Assembly: GCA_965214705.1 (NCBI GenBank)
Contig: CBDCCI010000002.1
Span: 1,504,001 to 1,568,000, forward strand
DNA: 64,000 nt
Reading direction: 5' to 3'
Origin: Alphaproteobacteria bacterium
GTDB lineage: Bacteria > Pseudomonadota > Alphaproteobacteria > UBA828
The notes under the pieces are model-generated. The model had not been told where the DNA came from and did not search any database. It worked only from the letters and a program-made list of their open reading frames with translations. Shown here piece after piece: positions 11,198 to 21,083 of the stretch. How positions within the stretch are numbered: position 1 is the first letter of the stretch; every line of letters begins with the position of its first letter. The position numbers and the translations under genes are program-made.

Positions 11198-11686
11198 TCA
11201 ACTCAGCCGGGCGACCACGTAGCCGAGCAGGCTGAGGAGGCGCTTCTTCTCGTCCTCGGAGAGGCCGTGGGTCGCGAGCGCGTTGACCTCCAGCGCCGCC
11301 GGCACCAGCTCGCCGCAGAGCTCGCGGCCCCGCTCCGTCAGCACCACGCGGCGCCGGCGGCCGTCCTGCTGGTCCTCCACACGGCGGATCAGACCGTCGC
11401 GCTCCATGCGCTGCAGGGTCCGCGCCGCCGTGGGCTCCTCGATCTGCTGACGGCGGCTCAGCTCCTTCTGGGTGAGGCTTTCCTCCTCCCAGAGCAGCAG
11501 CAGCATCGACCATTGCGCGACCGAGACCCCGTAGCGGCCCAGCCGCTCCTGCAACGCACGGGAGAAGAGGCGCGAGGCAAGAGAGACCAAGTGGGCGGTG
11601 CTTTCCTCGATCACGAACGGCGTGGCGCCGCTCGTCTCGTCTCCGCCCCGTGCCGCCGGCCGGCGGCGGATTACCGCGTATGACAC
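11198..11686 (-). CDS. MarR family transcriptional regulator (start uncertain)
   Basis: LTQKELSRRQQIEEPTAARTLQRMERDGLIRR..DGRRRRVVLTERG wHTH; GTG start after GGGGAG. Confidence 0.88.
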   Translation of the reverse strand: MSYAVIRRRPAARGGDETSGATPFVIEESTAHLVSLASRLFSRALQERLGRYGVSVAQWSMLLLLWEEESLTQKELSRRQQIEEPTAARTLQRMERDGLIRRVEDQQDGRRRRVVLTERGRELCGELVPAALEVNALATHGLSEDEKKRLLSLLGYVVARLS

Positions 11687-11884
11687 GGCACTCGCTCCCC
11701 TGACGACCCGCTTCAATCCTATGGTGCGCCGGCAGGCCCGGACAAGGAAGGGGTGCGGCAGGGCGGTATGCCGGGCAAGCCCGGAGCCATGCGGAAAACC
11801 ATTCAAACTGCCCGCCATCGCTGGCATAGTGCGCGCCGCGCCGCAGCCAGAGCCAGCGGGCGCGCCGGGGAGGCGAGGGGGGAC

Positions 11885-13207
11885 ATGGCACTTAGCGTGG
11901 CGATCGTCGGCTCGGGGCCGGCGGGTTTCTATACGGCTGATTCGCTCCTGAAGGCTGACCCGGAGTGCCGGATCGATATCATCGACCGGTTGCCGACGCC
12001 CTACGGGTTGATCCGCTTCGGGGTGGCGCCCGATCACGAGAAGACCAAGAACGTGATGCGTGGATTCGCCCGCACCGCCTCCGACGACCGCGTCAACTTC
12101 TACGGCGATGTCGATATCGGCGAGGCGCTCTCTCTCGACGAGCTGCGCGAGATGTACGACGCCGTGGTGCTGGCGGTCGGCGCCGCCCACGACCGGCGCC
12201 TCGGCATCCCGGGCGAGGACAAGGCCGGCGTGGTCGGCTCGGCGAGCTTCGTCAACTGGTACAATGCCCACCCCGACTTCGTCGACCGCACGCCCGATCT
12301 CGACACCTCGAGCGTGGTCATCATCGGCGCCGGCAACGTCGCCATCGACGTGGCGCGGGTGCTGGTCAAGACCCCGGCGGAAATGGCGGCGACCGATCTG
12401 CCGGACTACGCCGCCGACCCCATTCACAGCGCGCCCATCAGCGACGTCTACATGGTGGCGCGGCGCGGCCCGGTCGAGGCCAAGTTCACCAATGTCGAGC
12501 TGCGCGAAATGGGCCACCTGGAGCAATGCGTGCCCCAGGTCGCGGCCGCTGATCTGCCCGCTGAGGTGACCGGCGAGATGTCTCCGCGCGACCGCCGCGT
12601 GCGCGAGAAGAACCTGGAGACGCTCCGCGCCTTCGCCGGTCGGGAGGCCAATGAGAAGCCGAAGCGTGTGCACTTCGTCTTTTTCGCGAGCCCGGTCGAA
12701 ATCCTGGGCGGCGAGCATGTGGAGGCGGTGCGCTTCGAGCGCACGCGGGTCGAGAATGGCCGCGCCGTTGGCACCGGCGAGCATTACGAGATCGCCTGCG
12801 GTCTGGTGGTCGCCGCCGTGGGCTACCTCTCACTGCCCGTGGATGGCGCGCCCTTCGACCACAAGCAGGGCGTCGTGGTGAACGAGGAGGGCCGGGTCGG
12901 GCCCGGCCTCTACGCGGTCGGCTGGATCAAGCGCGGCCCGACCGGGGTGATCGGCACCAACAAGCCGGACGGCCGGGACGCAGCGCAGCAGATCATCGAA
13001 GACCTGGGTGTGGGTGGCGGCAAGCCCGGCCGCGAGGGACTGGAGGCGCTGTTGCGCGCGCGGGGGCGCCGTTGGATCGATTTCGAGGACTGGCAGCGGA
13101 TCGAAGCCGCGGAGATCGAGGCCGCTGCGGAAGGCGCGCCCCGCCGCAAGCTCTACCGCCAAGAGGATTTCCTGGCCGTCCTGGACGAGCAGCGCGCCGC
13201 CGGCTGA
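11885..13207 (+). CDS. Ferredoxin--NADP+ reductase, FprA/adrenodoxin reductase type
   Basis: GSGPAGFY, PYGLIRFGVAPDH, GAGNVAIDVAR, GWIKRGPTGVIGTN. Confidence 0.92.
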   Translation: MALSVAIVGSGPAGFYTADSLLKADPECRIDIIDRLPTPYGLIRFGVAPDHEKTKNVMRGFARTASDDRVNFYGDVDIGEALSLDELREMYDAVVLAVGAAHDRRLGIPGEDKAGVVGSASFVNWYNAHPDFVDRTPDLDTSSVVIIGAGNVAIDVARVLVKTPAEMAATDLPDYAADPIHSAPISDVYMVARRGPVEAKFTNVELREMGHLEQCVPQVAAADLPAEVTGEMSPRDRRVREKNLETLRAFAGREANEKPKRVHFVFFASPVEILGGEHVEAVRFERTRVENGRAVGTGEHYEIACGLVVAAVGYLSLPVDGAPFDHKQGVVVNEEGRVGPGLYAVGWIKRGPTGVIGTNKPDGRDAAQQIIEDLGVGGGKPGREGLEALLRARGRRWIDFEDWQRIEAAEIEAAAEGAPRRKLYRQEDFLAVLDEQRAAG

Positions 13208-13413
13208 GTACCGTCACCCAGCGTTGCTACGTTGGATGGGCGTGGCATGCATCAATCGTCGTCGTCGCCAATCGATCATTGGCGACCGGTCCTCACCACC
13301 TCAAGTACCCAACTGGCCTCCGCCATGGGGGTAGCGGGCAACTGAACGGCTTGAGGACGAACAGCTTAAGCGTGTCTTCGGCCAAAGCCAGGAAACGCCA
13401 GATCTCTGGATCA

Positions 13414-13818
13414 TTATCGCTCTAGTAGGCGGTAGGTAGCGCTCTCTCCCTTTCCTTTCTTCCGTATGGCGGTTACTTTATCTCCAGATACGATCAATAC
13501 TTGACAATCAAAGGGAAGCTTCTGGTCGTCGAGTTTTACGATTCTGCAATAGTATTTTCCTTTCCAAGCCCATTTCCCGGTCAGCTTTTTGTTGCCGACT
13601 TTTCCTGTTATTTTCCCATTTTCATGAATGTCTGCGTATCCATTTACCAGATCAATTCTCTTTCCAACGATTGTGGCCCTATACTGCTCTTCTGTCATGA
13701 TTCTCCCATCGACTACCGCCTCAGCTGAGCTCTCCTCAGCCTGGGCAAACTGCCCGAAGGCCACCGAGGCGACGAGTGCCAGGACGGCAATGAGGGAAAT
13801 GAGAGACCTTGTGCACAT
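13414..13818 (-). CDS. Small secreted hypothetical beta-rich protein; AT-rich gene
   Basis: Signal peptide ending AQA; GKWAWKGKYYCR..DCQ; RBS GAGGGAGG. Confidence 0.7.
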   Translation of the reverse strand: MCTRSLISLIAVLALVASVAFGQFAQAEESSAEAVVDGRIMTEEQYRATIVGKRIDLVNGYADIHENGKITGKVGNKKLTGKWAWKGKYYCRIVKLDDQKLPFDCQVLIVSGDKVTAIRKKGKGESATYRLLER

Positions 13819-14178
13819 CGCGAATTTCCTCCCTCAGTGAAGCACTTGTTTCGTAGTCTGCGTTAGCCAGTCTGGTGGGGACATCACTCGATGACCCAAC
13901 ATCCGCTATAGGCCCGAGAACAGTATATCGGCTGACCCCTCACGTAAGAAGTAAGTCGGACATCCGGTACTGCTGCGTGTCTCGTTGGCTACGCTCGAAG
14001 CATTCGCCGAGCCCTCTGGCGTGACATGCCGCCGAATTACGAGACACGCGGCCCGAGAATCTCAAGGAAACAACCGACAAATAGGTCGGACCACTAGACA
14101 TCGGGGGCCGCTGGGAGTAAGTGAATCCTCCCGCCCCAGTCGGCTGACTCGGCGGGCTTCATGGAGAATGACAGGGCC

Positions 14179-16044
14179 ATGGCAGAAGCAGCATTGACGC
14201 TCGACGAGGTGCCGCGCGAGGAGCTGGAATCGGCCGTGATTCGCTTCGCCGGGGATTCCGGCGATGGCATGCAGCTTACCGGCGGGCGCTTTACCGAGAC
14301 CACGGCGCTCGCCGGCAACGATCTCACCACTTTCCCGGATTTCCCGGCCGAGATCAGGGCGCCGATCGGCACGACCTACGGCGTCTCTGCCTTCCAGATC
14401 AACTTCGGCTCGCGCAACGTGATGACCTCGGGCGATCTGCCGGATGTGCTCGTCTGCATGAATCCCGCCGCGCTCAAGGTCAATCTCTCCGAGTTGAGAG
14501 AAGGCGGCCTGATCATCGTCGATACCGGCACCTTCACCGACAAGAACCTGCAGAAGGCGGGCTACGAGGCCAATCCCCTCGATGACGGCAGCCTCGACCG
14601 TTATCGGATCATGGCCATCGACATCTCCAAGCTCACGCTGGAGGCGGTCAAGGAATGCGACGTCTCCAAGAAGGAAGGGCTCCGCGCCAAGAACCTCTGG
14701 ACCCTCGGCCTGATCTACTGGATGTACGACCGCGACGTGGCGGCGACGGTGGAGTGGCTCGGCACCAAGTTCAAGAAGCTGCCTAACATCGCGGCCGCCA
14801 ATATCGCATGCCTCAAGGCGGGGCACGCCTTCGGCGAGACGGCCGAGCTGCCAGATGGCGCGCTGGTCTACGAGATCAAGCCGGCGACCTTCCGGCCGGG
14901 GCTCTACCGCACCGTCACCGGAACGGAAGCGCTGGCCTGGGGCCTCGTGGCGGGATCGCAGCTCGCCGGGCTCAAGCTGGTGTTCAGCTCCTACCCGATC
15001 ACGCCGGCGTCTTCCGTGCTGCACGTGCTCTCCCGGCTCAAGGCCTATGACGTGGTGACCTTCCAGGCCGAGGACGAGATCGCCGCAGCCGGCGCCGCGA
15101 TCGGCGCCTCCTACGCCGGCGCCCTCGGCGTCACCTCCAGCTCAGGCCCCGGCGTCGCGCTCAAGACCGAGGCTCTGGGCCTCGCGATCACCGCCGAGCT
15201 GCCGCTGATCCTGATCAACTCTCAGCGTGCCGGCCCGTCTACGGGTATGCCGACCAAGACCGAGCAGTCGGACCTCTACCTCGCCGTCTACGGACGCAAC
15301 GCCGATGCGCCGCTGGTGGTACTCGCGGCGCGCTCGTCGGCCGAAGCGTTCGATGTCGCCATCGAGGCGGTGCGCCTCGCCACCCGCTACATGACCCCGG
15401 TGGTGGTGCTGTCCGATACCTTCATCGCGAACGCGGCAGAGCCGTGGCGGCTGCCCGATGTCGGTACGCTCGAGCCCTTCCCGGTGGCGTTCCACACCGA
15501 TGCGGAGGGCTTCCAGCCCTACCGGCGGGACGCGGAGACGCTGGCGCGGCGCTGGGTGAAGCCCGGCACGCCGGGTCTCGAGCACCGCATTGGCGGGCTC
15601 GAGAAGGACTACACGACGGGCAACGTTTCCTACGATCCCGAGAACCATCAGCGCATGACCGACGTGCGCCACGAGAAGATCGCCCGCATTGCCGACGACA
15701 TTCCCGAGCAGGAGGTCGATCAGGGACCCGCGCGAGGGCCCCTCGCGGTGGTCGGCTGGGGCTCAACCTACGGGCCGATCAGCCGGGCCGTCGAGCGCAG
15801 CCGGGAGGCGGGCATCAGCGTCTCCCACATCCACCTGCGCTACCTCAACCCGTTGCCGCGCAACCTGGGCGATCTGCTTGCGGGTTTCGACAAGGTGCTG
15901 GTGCCCGAGATGAACATGGGCCAGCTCACCACCGTGCTGCGCAGCCGCTACCTGGTGCCGGCCGAGAGCGTGCCCAAGGTCACTGGCAAGCCCTTCAAGA
16001 TCGCCGAGATCATGGACGCGATCCGCGCCCATTCGGAGGCATGA
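14179..16044 (+). CDS. korA: 2-oxoacid:ferredoxin oxidoreductase alpha subunit
   Basis: FAGDSGDGMQLTG, YPITP, QAEDEIAA, SSGPG, QRAGPSTGMPTKTEQSD. Confidence 0.93.
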   Translation: MAEAALTLDEVPREELESAVIRFAGDSGDGMQLTGGRFTETTALAGNDLTTFPDFPAEIRAPIGTTYGVSAFQINFGSRNVMTSGDLPDVLVCMNPAALKVNLSELREGGLIIVDTGTFTDKNLQKAGYEANPLDDGSLDRYRIMAIDISKLTLEAVKECDVSKKEGLRAKNLWTLGLIYWMYDRDVAATVEWLGTKFKKLPNIAAANIACLKAGHAFGETAELPDGALVYEIKPATFRPGLYRTVTGTEALAWGLVAGSQLAGLKLVFSSYPITPASSVLHVLSRLKAYDVVTFQAEDEIAAAGAAIGASYAGALGVTSSSGPGVALKTEALGLAITAELPLILINSQRAGPSTGMPTKTEQSDLYLAVYGRNADAPLVVLAARSSAEAFDVAIEAVRLATRYMTPVVVLSDTFIANAAEPWRLPDVGTLEPFPVAFHTDAEGFQPYRRDAETLARRWVKPGTPGLEHRIGGLEKDYTTGNVSYDPENHQRMTDVRHEKIARIADDIPEQEVDQGPARGPLAVVGWGSTYGPISRAVERSREAGISVSHIHLRYLNPLPRNLGDLLAGFDKVLVPEMNMGQLTTVLRSRYLVPAESVPKVTGKPFKIAEIMDAIRAHSEA

Positions 16045-16045
16045 G

Positions 16046-17077
16046 ATGAACGATACCGTCGCGATCCCCGCGCTGACGCCGCAGGACTTCACCTCCGATC
16101 AGGAGGTCCGCTGGTGCCCCGGCTGCGGCGACTACGCCATCATCAAGGCGGTGCGCAAGGCGCTTGCCGAGATCGGCACCGACACCAAGGACGTGGTGTT
16201 CGTCTCCGGCATCGGCTGTGCGGCGCGCTTTCCCTATTACATGGACACCTACGGGTTCCACACCATCCATGGTCGCGCACCAGCGATCGCGACCGGGGTG
16301 AAGCTCGCCAATCCCGAGCTCGATGTCTGGGTGGTCTCGGGCGACGGCGACGGGCTCTCGATCGGCGGCAACCACACGCTGCACGCCCTGCGCCGCAACG
16401 TTGATCTCAATATCCTGCTGTTCAACAACGAGATCTACGGCCTGACCAAGGGCCAGTATTCGCCGACCTCGCGCGAGGGCACGCGCTCGCCGTCGACCCC
16501 GCTCGGCTCGGTCGACCATCCCTTGTCCGCGACCCGCTTTGCGCTTGGCGCCGGGGCGCGCTTCGTCGCCCGCGCGGTCGATACGGACCAAAAGCGGCTC
16601 CCCGACATCCTCAAGGCGGCGCATGCGCACAAGGGGACCTCGTTCCTCGAGATCTTCCAGAACTGCATCGTTTACAACGACGGCGCGTTCGATGCGTTTG
16701 CCGAGCGCAAGAACGCGCCCGAGACGCAGATCTTCCTGGAGCACGGCAAGCCGCTGATCTTTGGCAAGGAGCGGGACCGCGGGCTGCGGCTCGCGCCCGG
16801 CACCTTCTCGCTGGAGGTGGTGCCGCTCGGCGAGGGCGGCGTGGACGAGTCCGAGCTCCTGGTTCACGACCAGACCAACCGGCCGCTCGCCGGCATCCTG
16901 GCGGAGATGGAGCCGCCGGACTTCCCCATGGCACTCGGTGTGCTCTTCTGCGGCCCGGAAGAGAGCTACGAGGCGGCGGTCTATGCGCAGATCGAGGACG
17001 CCAAGGCAAAATCCAAGGCCGACGGAATCGACGCCCTGCTGCGGACCGGCCATACCTGGACAGTCGAGGCGCGCTGA
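16046..17077 (+). CDS. korB: 2-oxoacid:ferredoxin oxidoreductase beta subunit
   Basis: WCPGCGD, SGIGC, HGRA, TPP motif GDGD..NNEIYGLTKGQ. Confidence 0.93.
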   Translation: MNDTVAIPALTPQDFTSDQEVRWCPGCGDYAIIKAVRKALAEIGTDTKDVVFVSGIGCAARFPYYMDTYGFHTIHGRAPAIATGVKLANPELDVWVVSGDGDGLSIGGNHTLHALRRNVDLNILLFNNEIYGLTKGQYSPTSREGTRSPSTPLGSVDHPLSATRFALGAGARFVARAVDTDQKRLPDILKAAHAHKGTSFLEIFQNCIVYNDGAFDAFAERKNAPETQIFLEHGKPLIFGKERDRGLRLAPGTFSLEVVPLGEGGVDESELLVHDQTNRPLAGILAEMEPPDFPMALGVLFCGPEESYEAAVYAQIEDAKAKSKADGIDALLRTGHTWTVEAR

Positions 17078-17130
17078 TCGCCGATCCCGCCGCCCCGGCA
17101 CCCCGTCACTGACTGGCCCATGAGGCTGCG

Positions 17131-17847
17131 ATGATCGAAGCCTTGATCTTCGACGTCTTCGGCACGGTGGTCGACTGGCGCACCGGTGTCGCCCGCGAGG
17201 TCGAGGCCTTCTTCGCGGAGTCGGACCGGACGGTCGATTCCATCGCCTTTGCCGATTCCTGGCGGGCCAAGTATCAGCCCTCTATGGAGGAGATTCGCTC
17301 CGGTCGGCGCGGCTACACGGTGCTCGACGTGCTTCATCGCGAGAACCTGGACGCGACGCTCTCTGAGTTCGGGCTCGACGACGCCGTGGACGACGAGGGC
17401 CGTGTGCGCCTCAACCGGGCGTGGGAGAAGCTGCCGCCGTGGCCGGATGTGGCGCCCGGCCTTGAGGCCCTGCACAGCCGCTATCTGCTCGCGCCCTGCT
17501 CCAATGGCTCGATCGGGATGATGGCGCGGCTTGCGCGCTTCGCCGGGTTGCCTTGGGACGCCATCGTCGGCGCCGACATCGCGCACGACTACAAGCCGCA
17601 GGCGGCGGTCTACCGTGCCTCCGCCGCCGCGCTCGGCCTCGCACCAGAGGCCGTGATGATGGTCGCCGCGCACAACTTCGACCTCGCGGCCGCGCGCGAG
17701 GCGGGGCTGGCAACAGCCTTCGTGTCGCGCCCCGATGAGTACGGTAATGGCCCGGTCGGCACCCCCGATCTCGCCCCCAGCGACGACTGGGAGGCGGTGG
17801 TGCCGGATTTTCGGGCTCTCGCACGGCAAATGGGGGTGGCCGAGTAA
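17131..17847 (+). CDS. Haloacid dehalogenase type II family hydrolase
   Basis: FDVFGTVVDW, SNG, YKP, VAAHNFDL. Confidence 0.88.
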   Translation: MIEALIFDVFGTVVDWRTGVAREVEAFFAESDRTVDSIAFADSWRAKYQPSMEEIRSGRRGYTVLDVLHRENLDATLSEFGLDDAVDDEGRVRLNRAWEKLPPWPDVAPGLEALHSRYLLAPCSNGSIGMMARLARFAGLPWDAIVGADIAHDYKPQAAVYRASAAALGLAPEAVMMVAAHNFDLAAAREAGLATAFVSRPDEYGNGPVGTPDLAPSDDWEAVVPDFRALARQMGVAE

Positions 17848-17875
17848 CGGTTGGGAATAATCCCGGTCCTATCGT

Positions 17876-18250
17876 TCAGCCTGCGGTCGCGGGCAAATCA
17901 ACCTTGATCAGCGATTCCGCTGGAATGCCCAGCCCCTGGTGCAGCCGCCAGATCATTCGCAGGCTTAGCGGGCGCTTGCGGTTGAGGACCTCATAGACCC
18001 GGCTTCGGCTCCCGATGTAAGGCACGAGATCCTTCGGTGCCAACCCGCTCTGCTCCATGTGATAGCGGATGGCCGCGATCGGGTCGGGCAAGTCGAGAGG
18101 AACGTGTTTTGCTTCCCACGCCTCGACGAGTGTCACCAGGACATCGAGACGGTCGCCCTCCGGGGTGTTGCGCTTCGCCGTCATCAGGCCCTCGATCTCC
18201 TTCAACGCGCGCTGATGGTCGCGTTTGGTCTTGATCGGTGCGATGTCCAT
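17876..18250 (-). CDS. higA: HigA-type HTH antitoxin
   Basis: LVEAWE..PDPIAAIRYHMEQ..IGSRSRVYEVLNRKRPLSL; downstream of higB. Confidence 0.9.
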   Translation of the reverse strand: MDIAPIKTKRDHQRALKEIEGLMTAKRNTPEGDRLDVLVTLVEAWEAKHVPLDLPDPIAAIRYHMEQSGLAPKDLVPYIGSRSRVYEVLNRKRPLSLRMIWRLHQGLGIPAESLIKVDLPATAG

Positions 18251-18260
18251 CCTTCGCCTC

Positions 18261-18563
18261 TCAAATCGTCTGTGCATCGATGGCGTCGTAGTCACGGTGG
18301 CTACCGACGAACCGAATGTAGACGACACGGTACGGGTAGTTGATCCACACCACGATGCGGTACTTGTTGCCGGCGATGTTGAACACCGCGCGGCCGTCCT
18401 TGAGGATACTCGCGTTCCTGATGTCCCGCTTGACCTCGGCGGGACTGGCCCAGTCAGCCGCCCTGACTTGGCGATACCATGCCATCACCGGTTCACGGGC
18501 GTCGGCGTGAGAGCTCCTGGCGTCGACGAACCGCTTCAAGGTTGCAAGCGCGATGACCCTCAC
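18261..18563 (-). CDS. higB: HigB-type toxin (RelE superfamily mRNase)
   Basis: VRVIA..AWY..W.SPAEVK..VFNIAGNKYR..IRFVGSH..YD. Confidence 0.9.
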   Translation of the reverse strand: MRVIALATLKRFVDARSSHADAREPVMAWYRQVRAADWASPAEVKRDIRNASILKDGRAVFNIAGNKYRIVVWINYPYRVVYIRFVGSHRDYDAIDAQTI

Positions 18564-18570
18564 GGGAGAG

Positions 18571-18599
18571 AAGATAGTGTGATCCCAAATTGGGATCAA
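18571..18599 (-). promoter_or_regulatory. higBA promoter with palindromic operator
   Basis: Minus strand TTGATC-17bp-TATCTT; perfect 9-1-9 palindrome TGATCCCAA-A-TTGGGATCA at 18580-18598. Confidence 0.75.
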
Positions 18600-18616
18600 G
18601 CCGAAATTCGCTGTCA

Positions 18617-19414
18617 CTACTCCTTTGGCACGAGGCCGTGGCGGGCGAGGAATTCGAGCACGTAGGTCGGCAGGCCGAAGTCCACGAGGTCGGCGTGGTC
18701 GGCTTGGGGGATGAACACCGCCTCCTTGGGCTCGCGCGCGCGTTTGTGGAGTTTGCGCGCGAGGCGCACGGGGATGGTGCGGTCGCGCTCGCCGTGCACG
18801 ATGAGGACAGGCGCTGCGATCTTGCCGATCTTCGCGGCCGAATCGAAGCGGTCGACAATTAGCGGGCGGACCGGGAGCAACGGGAAGCAGCCCGAGGCGA
18901 TATCCACGACCGAGCTGAAGGGTGCTTCCAGCACCACGGCGGCTGGCGTCGCTTCGCGGGCAAGGTGAACCGCGACGCCGGTGCCGAGCGATTCGCCGTA
19001 GAGAATCTGCTGAGTATCGCTGCAGTCGCGGGCGCGCAGGAAGGCGCGTGCGGCGCGGCCGTCGGCGTAGAGGCCCTCTTCGGTCGGCGTGCCGGGGTTG
19101 CCGCTGTAGCCGCGCCAGGTGGTGAGCAGGACACCGAGCCCGGCGTTGAGATAGGCCCGCACCTTGAAGCCCCGCATACCGATGTGGCCGGCATTGCCGT
19201 GGAAATAGATCAGGCTCGGTGTGTCCGCGGCGCGGGGCGGGGCATACCAGGCGAGCAGCGCGAGCCCGTCCTCGGTCTCGAGCGTGACCGGTGCAAGCTC
19301 TGGAACGTCCGACTCGGCCGGCGTCGGCTGGGTCCGATCGGGATAGTAGGTGAGAGAGCGCTGGAACGCCGCCACCGGACCGGGCGGCCCGTGACGCCAG
19401 AGCCATCCAAGCAT
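18617..19414 (-). CDS. Alpha/beta hydrolase (ABHD13/Bem46-like)
   Basis: FHGNAG, GESLG nucleophile elbow, HGERDRTIP, DH. Confidence 0.88.
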   Translation of the reverse strand: MLGWLWRHGPPGPVAAFQRSLTYYPDRTQPTPAESDVPELAPVTLETEDGLALLAWYAPPRAADTPSLIYFHGNAGHIGMRGFKVRAYLNAGLGVLLTTWRGYSGNPGTPTEEGLYADGRAARAFLRARDCSDTQQILYGESLGTGVAVHLAREATPAAVVLEAPFSSVVDIASGCFPLLPVRPLIVDRFDSAAKIGKIAAPVLIVHGERDRTIPVRLARKLHKRAREPKEAVFIPQADHADLVDFGLPTYVLEFLARHGLVPKE

Positions 19415-19423
19415 CGTTCAACG

Positions 19424-19457
19424 AAAAGGGCACCGGGCGTTGGCTGCCCGGTGCCCT
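19424..19457 (-). terminator. Intrinsic terminator after the BI-1 gene
   Basis: 12-bp stem AGGGCACCGGGC/GCCCGGTGCCCT followed by a T run on the minus strand. Confidence 0.7.
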
Positions 19458-19479
19458 CCGCCCCTATCCAGCCGCGCCG

Positions 19480-20220
19480 CTATTCGCGTGCGGCGCCAAA
19501 GAGATGCAGCAGCAAGATGAAGATGTTGATGAAGTTGAGGTAGAGCGAGAGCGCGCCCATCACCGACTTCTTCACCATGACCGCCTGGCCGTCGGTCTCG
19601 CGATAGACGTCCTTGATCCTCTGGGTGTCGTAGGCGGTGAGCCCGAGGAACACCAGAACGCCGATCACCGAGATCACGAAGTGAAGCAGCTCCGACTGCA
19701 GGAAGATGTTCACCACCATCGCGATGATGACGCCGATCAGGCCCATGAACAGGAACGAGCCCCACGAGACCAGCGAGCGCTTGGTGGTGTAGCCGTAAAG
19801 GCTCATCGCCCCGAACATGCCCATGGTGATGAAGAACACCCGGACGATGCTGGTCGCCGTGTAGGCCATGAAGATGTAGGAGAGCGAGGCCCCCATGAGG
19901 ATCGAGAAGGCCCAGAACAACCACTGCGCCGTGGTGTGCTTCATGTTCTGGATCTTGATTCCTAAGAAGAACACGATGCCGAGCGGAGCCAGCATGACCA
20001 CGAAGCCGAGGCCCGAGCCGTAGAGCACGTTGAAAAGCCCGGTATTGGCGATGATGTAGGCCGTGACGCCCGTGAGCGCGAGGCCCGAGGCCATGTAGTT
20101 GTAGACCCGGAGCATGTAGCTCCTGAGACCCTGGTCGACCTGTGCCTGGGTCAGAGTCGTGCCAGCGAACGGCTGGCCTTGCGTCCCGAGTGCCATCGAA
20201 GCGTCCTCTAGTGCCCGCAA
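19480..20220 (-). CDS. Bax inhibitor-1/YccA family membrane protein (start may be about 8 codons later)
   Basis: DQGLRSYMLRVYNYM, YGYTTKR, TAYDTQRIK, GALSLYLNFINIF. Confidence 0.92.
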   Translation of the reverse strand: MRALEDASMALGTQGQPFAGTTLTQAQVDQGLRSYMLRVYNYMASGLALTGVTAYIIANTGLFNVLYGSGLGFVVMLAPLGIVFFLGIKIQNMKHTTAQWLFWAFSILMGASLSYIFMAYTATSIVRVFFITMGMFGAMSLYGYTTKRSLVSWGSFLFMGLIGVIIAMVVNIFLQSELLHFVISVIGVLVFLGLTAYDTQRIKDVYRETDGQAVMVKKSVMGALSLYLNFINIFILLLHLFGAARE

Positions 20221-20318
20221 ACTGTCGGATTCGAAGACTCATATTAGGTAGCCGGCGGCCCAGTTTCAACGCCTGGCCGCATTACTGTTTCTCCAGCGAC
20301 GAGCCTGCAGGCGGACGA

Positions 20319-21083
20319 TCAGGTCTCGGACGGGGGGCTTCCCGCGGTCCCGAGCGGGGATACCGGCGTGTTGAGCTTGCGGTAGGCGACCGAGACCACT
20401 GCCACCGGGATGCTCACGGTGAGGAAGGTCAGCGCGTTGAAGAAGGACACCATCGCGCCGGGCCCGAACGTGGCGAGAATCAACGATCCGAGCACGCCGC
20501 CGAGAAGGAACAGGATGACGGTAATCGCCACGAAGGAGAGCAGAATCGCGCCCACGAGCTGCAGCGTGGCGCCGCGCAACTTGCGTCGGGCGGCGAGGAG
20601 CCCCTGGTACTCGTCGACCGCCGTCGCCGGGAAGGCCAGCGCGAATGGTGCGGCGACGAAAAGCGTGATCAGCAGCAGCACCAGGACCAGCAGCAGGTCC
20701 TGCGCCTGCATCGCCACCAGGATGATCTCCTGCGGCAGCAGGAAGAGGATGAGCCGGCCGAAATACTTCACGTCCCGCATGCCGGGCCAGAACTGGACCG
20801 GCACGCTCGTATCCCGCGTCCCCAGCAGCAGGTAGCGGTGCCAGGCGACCGCGAACACCGAGAGCAGGAAGAGCCGAGCGAGCGCGTGGATGACCAGCAG
20901 CTCTTCGGAGGCCATGGACTCGAGGTCGAGTCGCATCACCGCCGGCAGCAGCACCGCCAGCACCATCGGCGCCAGCGCGAGCCCGAGCATGGTGCGGAAA
21001 TTGCGGAAGGTGAGTCGGAAGGCCTCACCGACCGTTTCATACACCCTGAGCCTCGGCGGCGAGGGGGCTCCGTGGCCGTACAT
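20319..21083 (-). CDS. Hypothetical multi-pass membrane protein
   Basis: About 6 hydrophobic segments, VAWHRYLLLG; abuts the upstream permease stop. Confidence 0.7.
   Translation of the reverse strand: MYGHGAPSPPRLRVYETVGEAFRLTFRNFRTMLGLALAPMVLAVLLPAVMRLDLESMASEELLVIHALARLFLLSVFAVAWHRYLLLGTRDTSVPVQFWPGMRDVKYFGRLILFLLPQEIILVAMQAQDLLLVLVLLLITLFVAAPFALAFPATAVDEYQGLLAARRKLRGATLQLVGAILLSFVAITVILFLLGGVLGSLILATFGPGAMVSFFNALTFLTVSIPVAVVSVAYRKLNTPVSPLGTAGSPPSET

Noticed and set aside
11198-12784. 528-aa ORF ending in MarR
   Set aside because: The N-terminal ~365 aa are antisense to FprA; only the last ~160 aa are MarR
138-17077. fhs + icd + korAB as evidence of autotrophy (Wood-Ljungdahl or reverse TCA)
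   Set aside because: No CODH/ACS or citrate lyase in the window; all three are common in heterotrophs
18261-19433. 390-aa ORF suggesting a long HigB fusion
   Set aside because: The upstream part is an off-frame overlap of the hydrolase; higB has its own promoter and operator at 18571-18599
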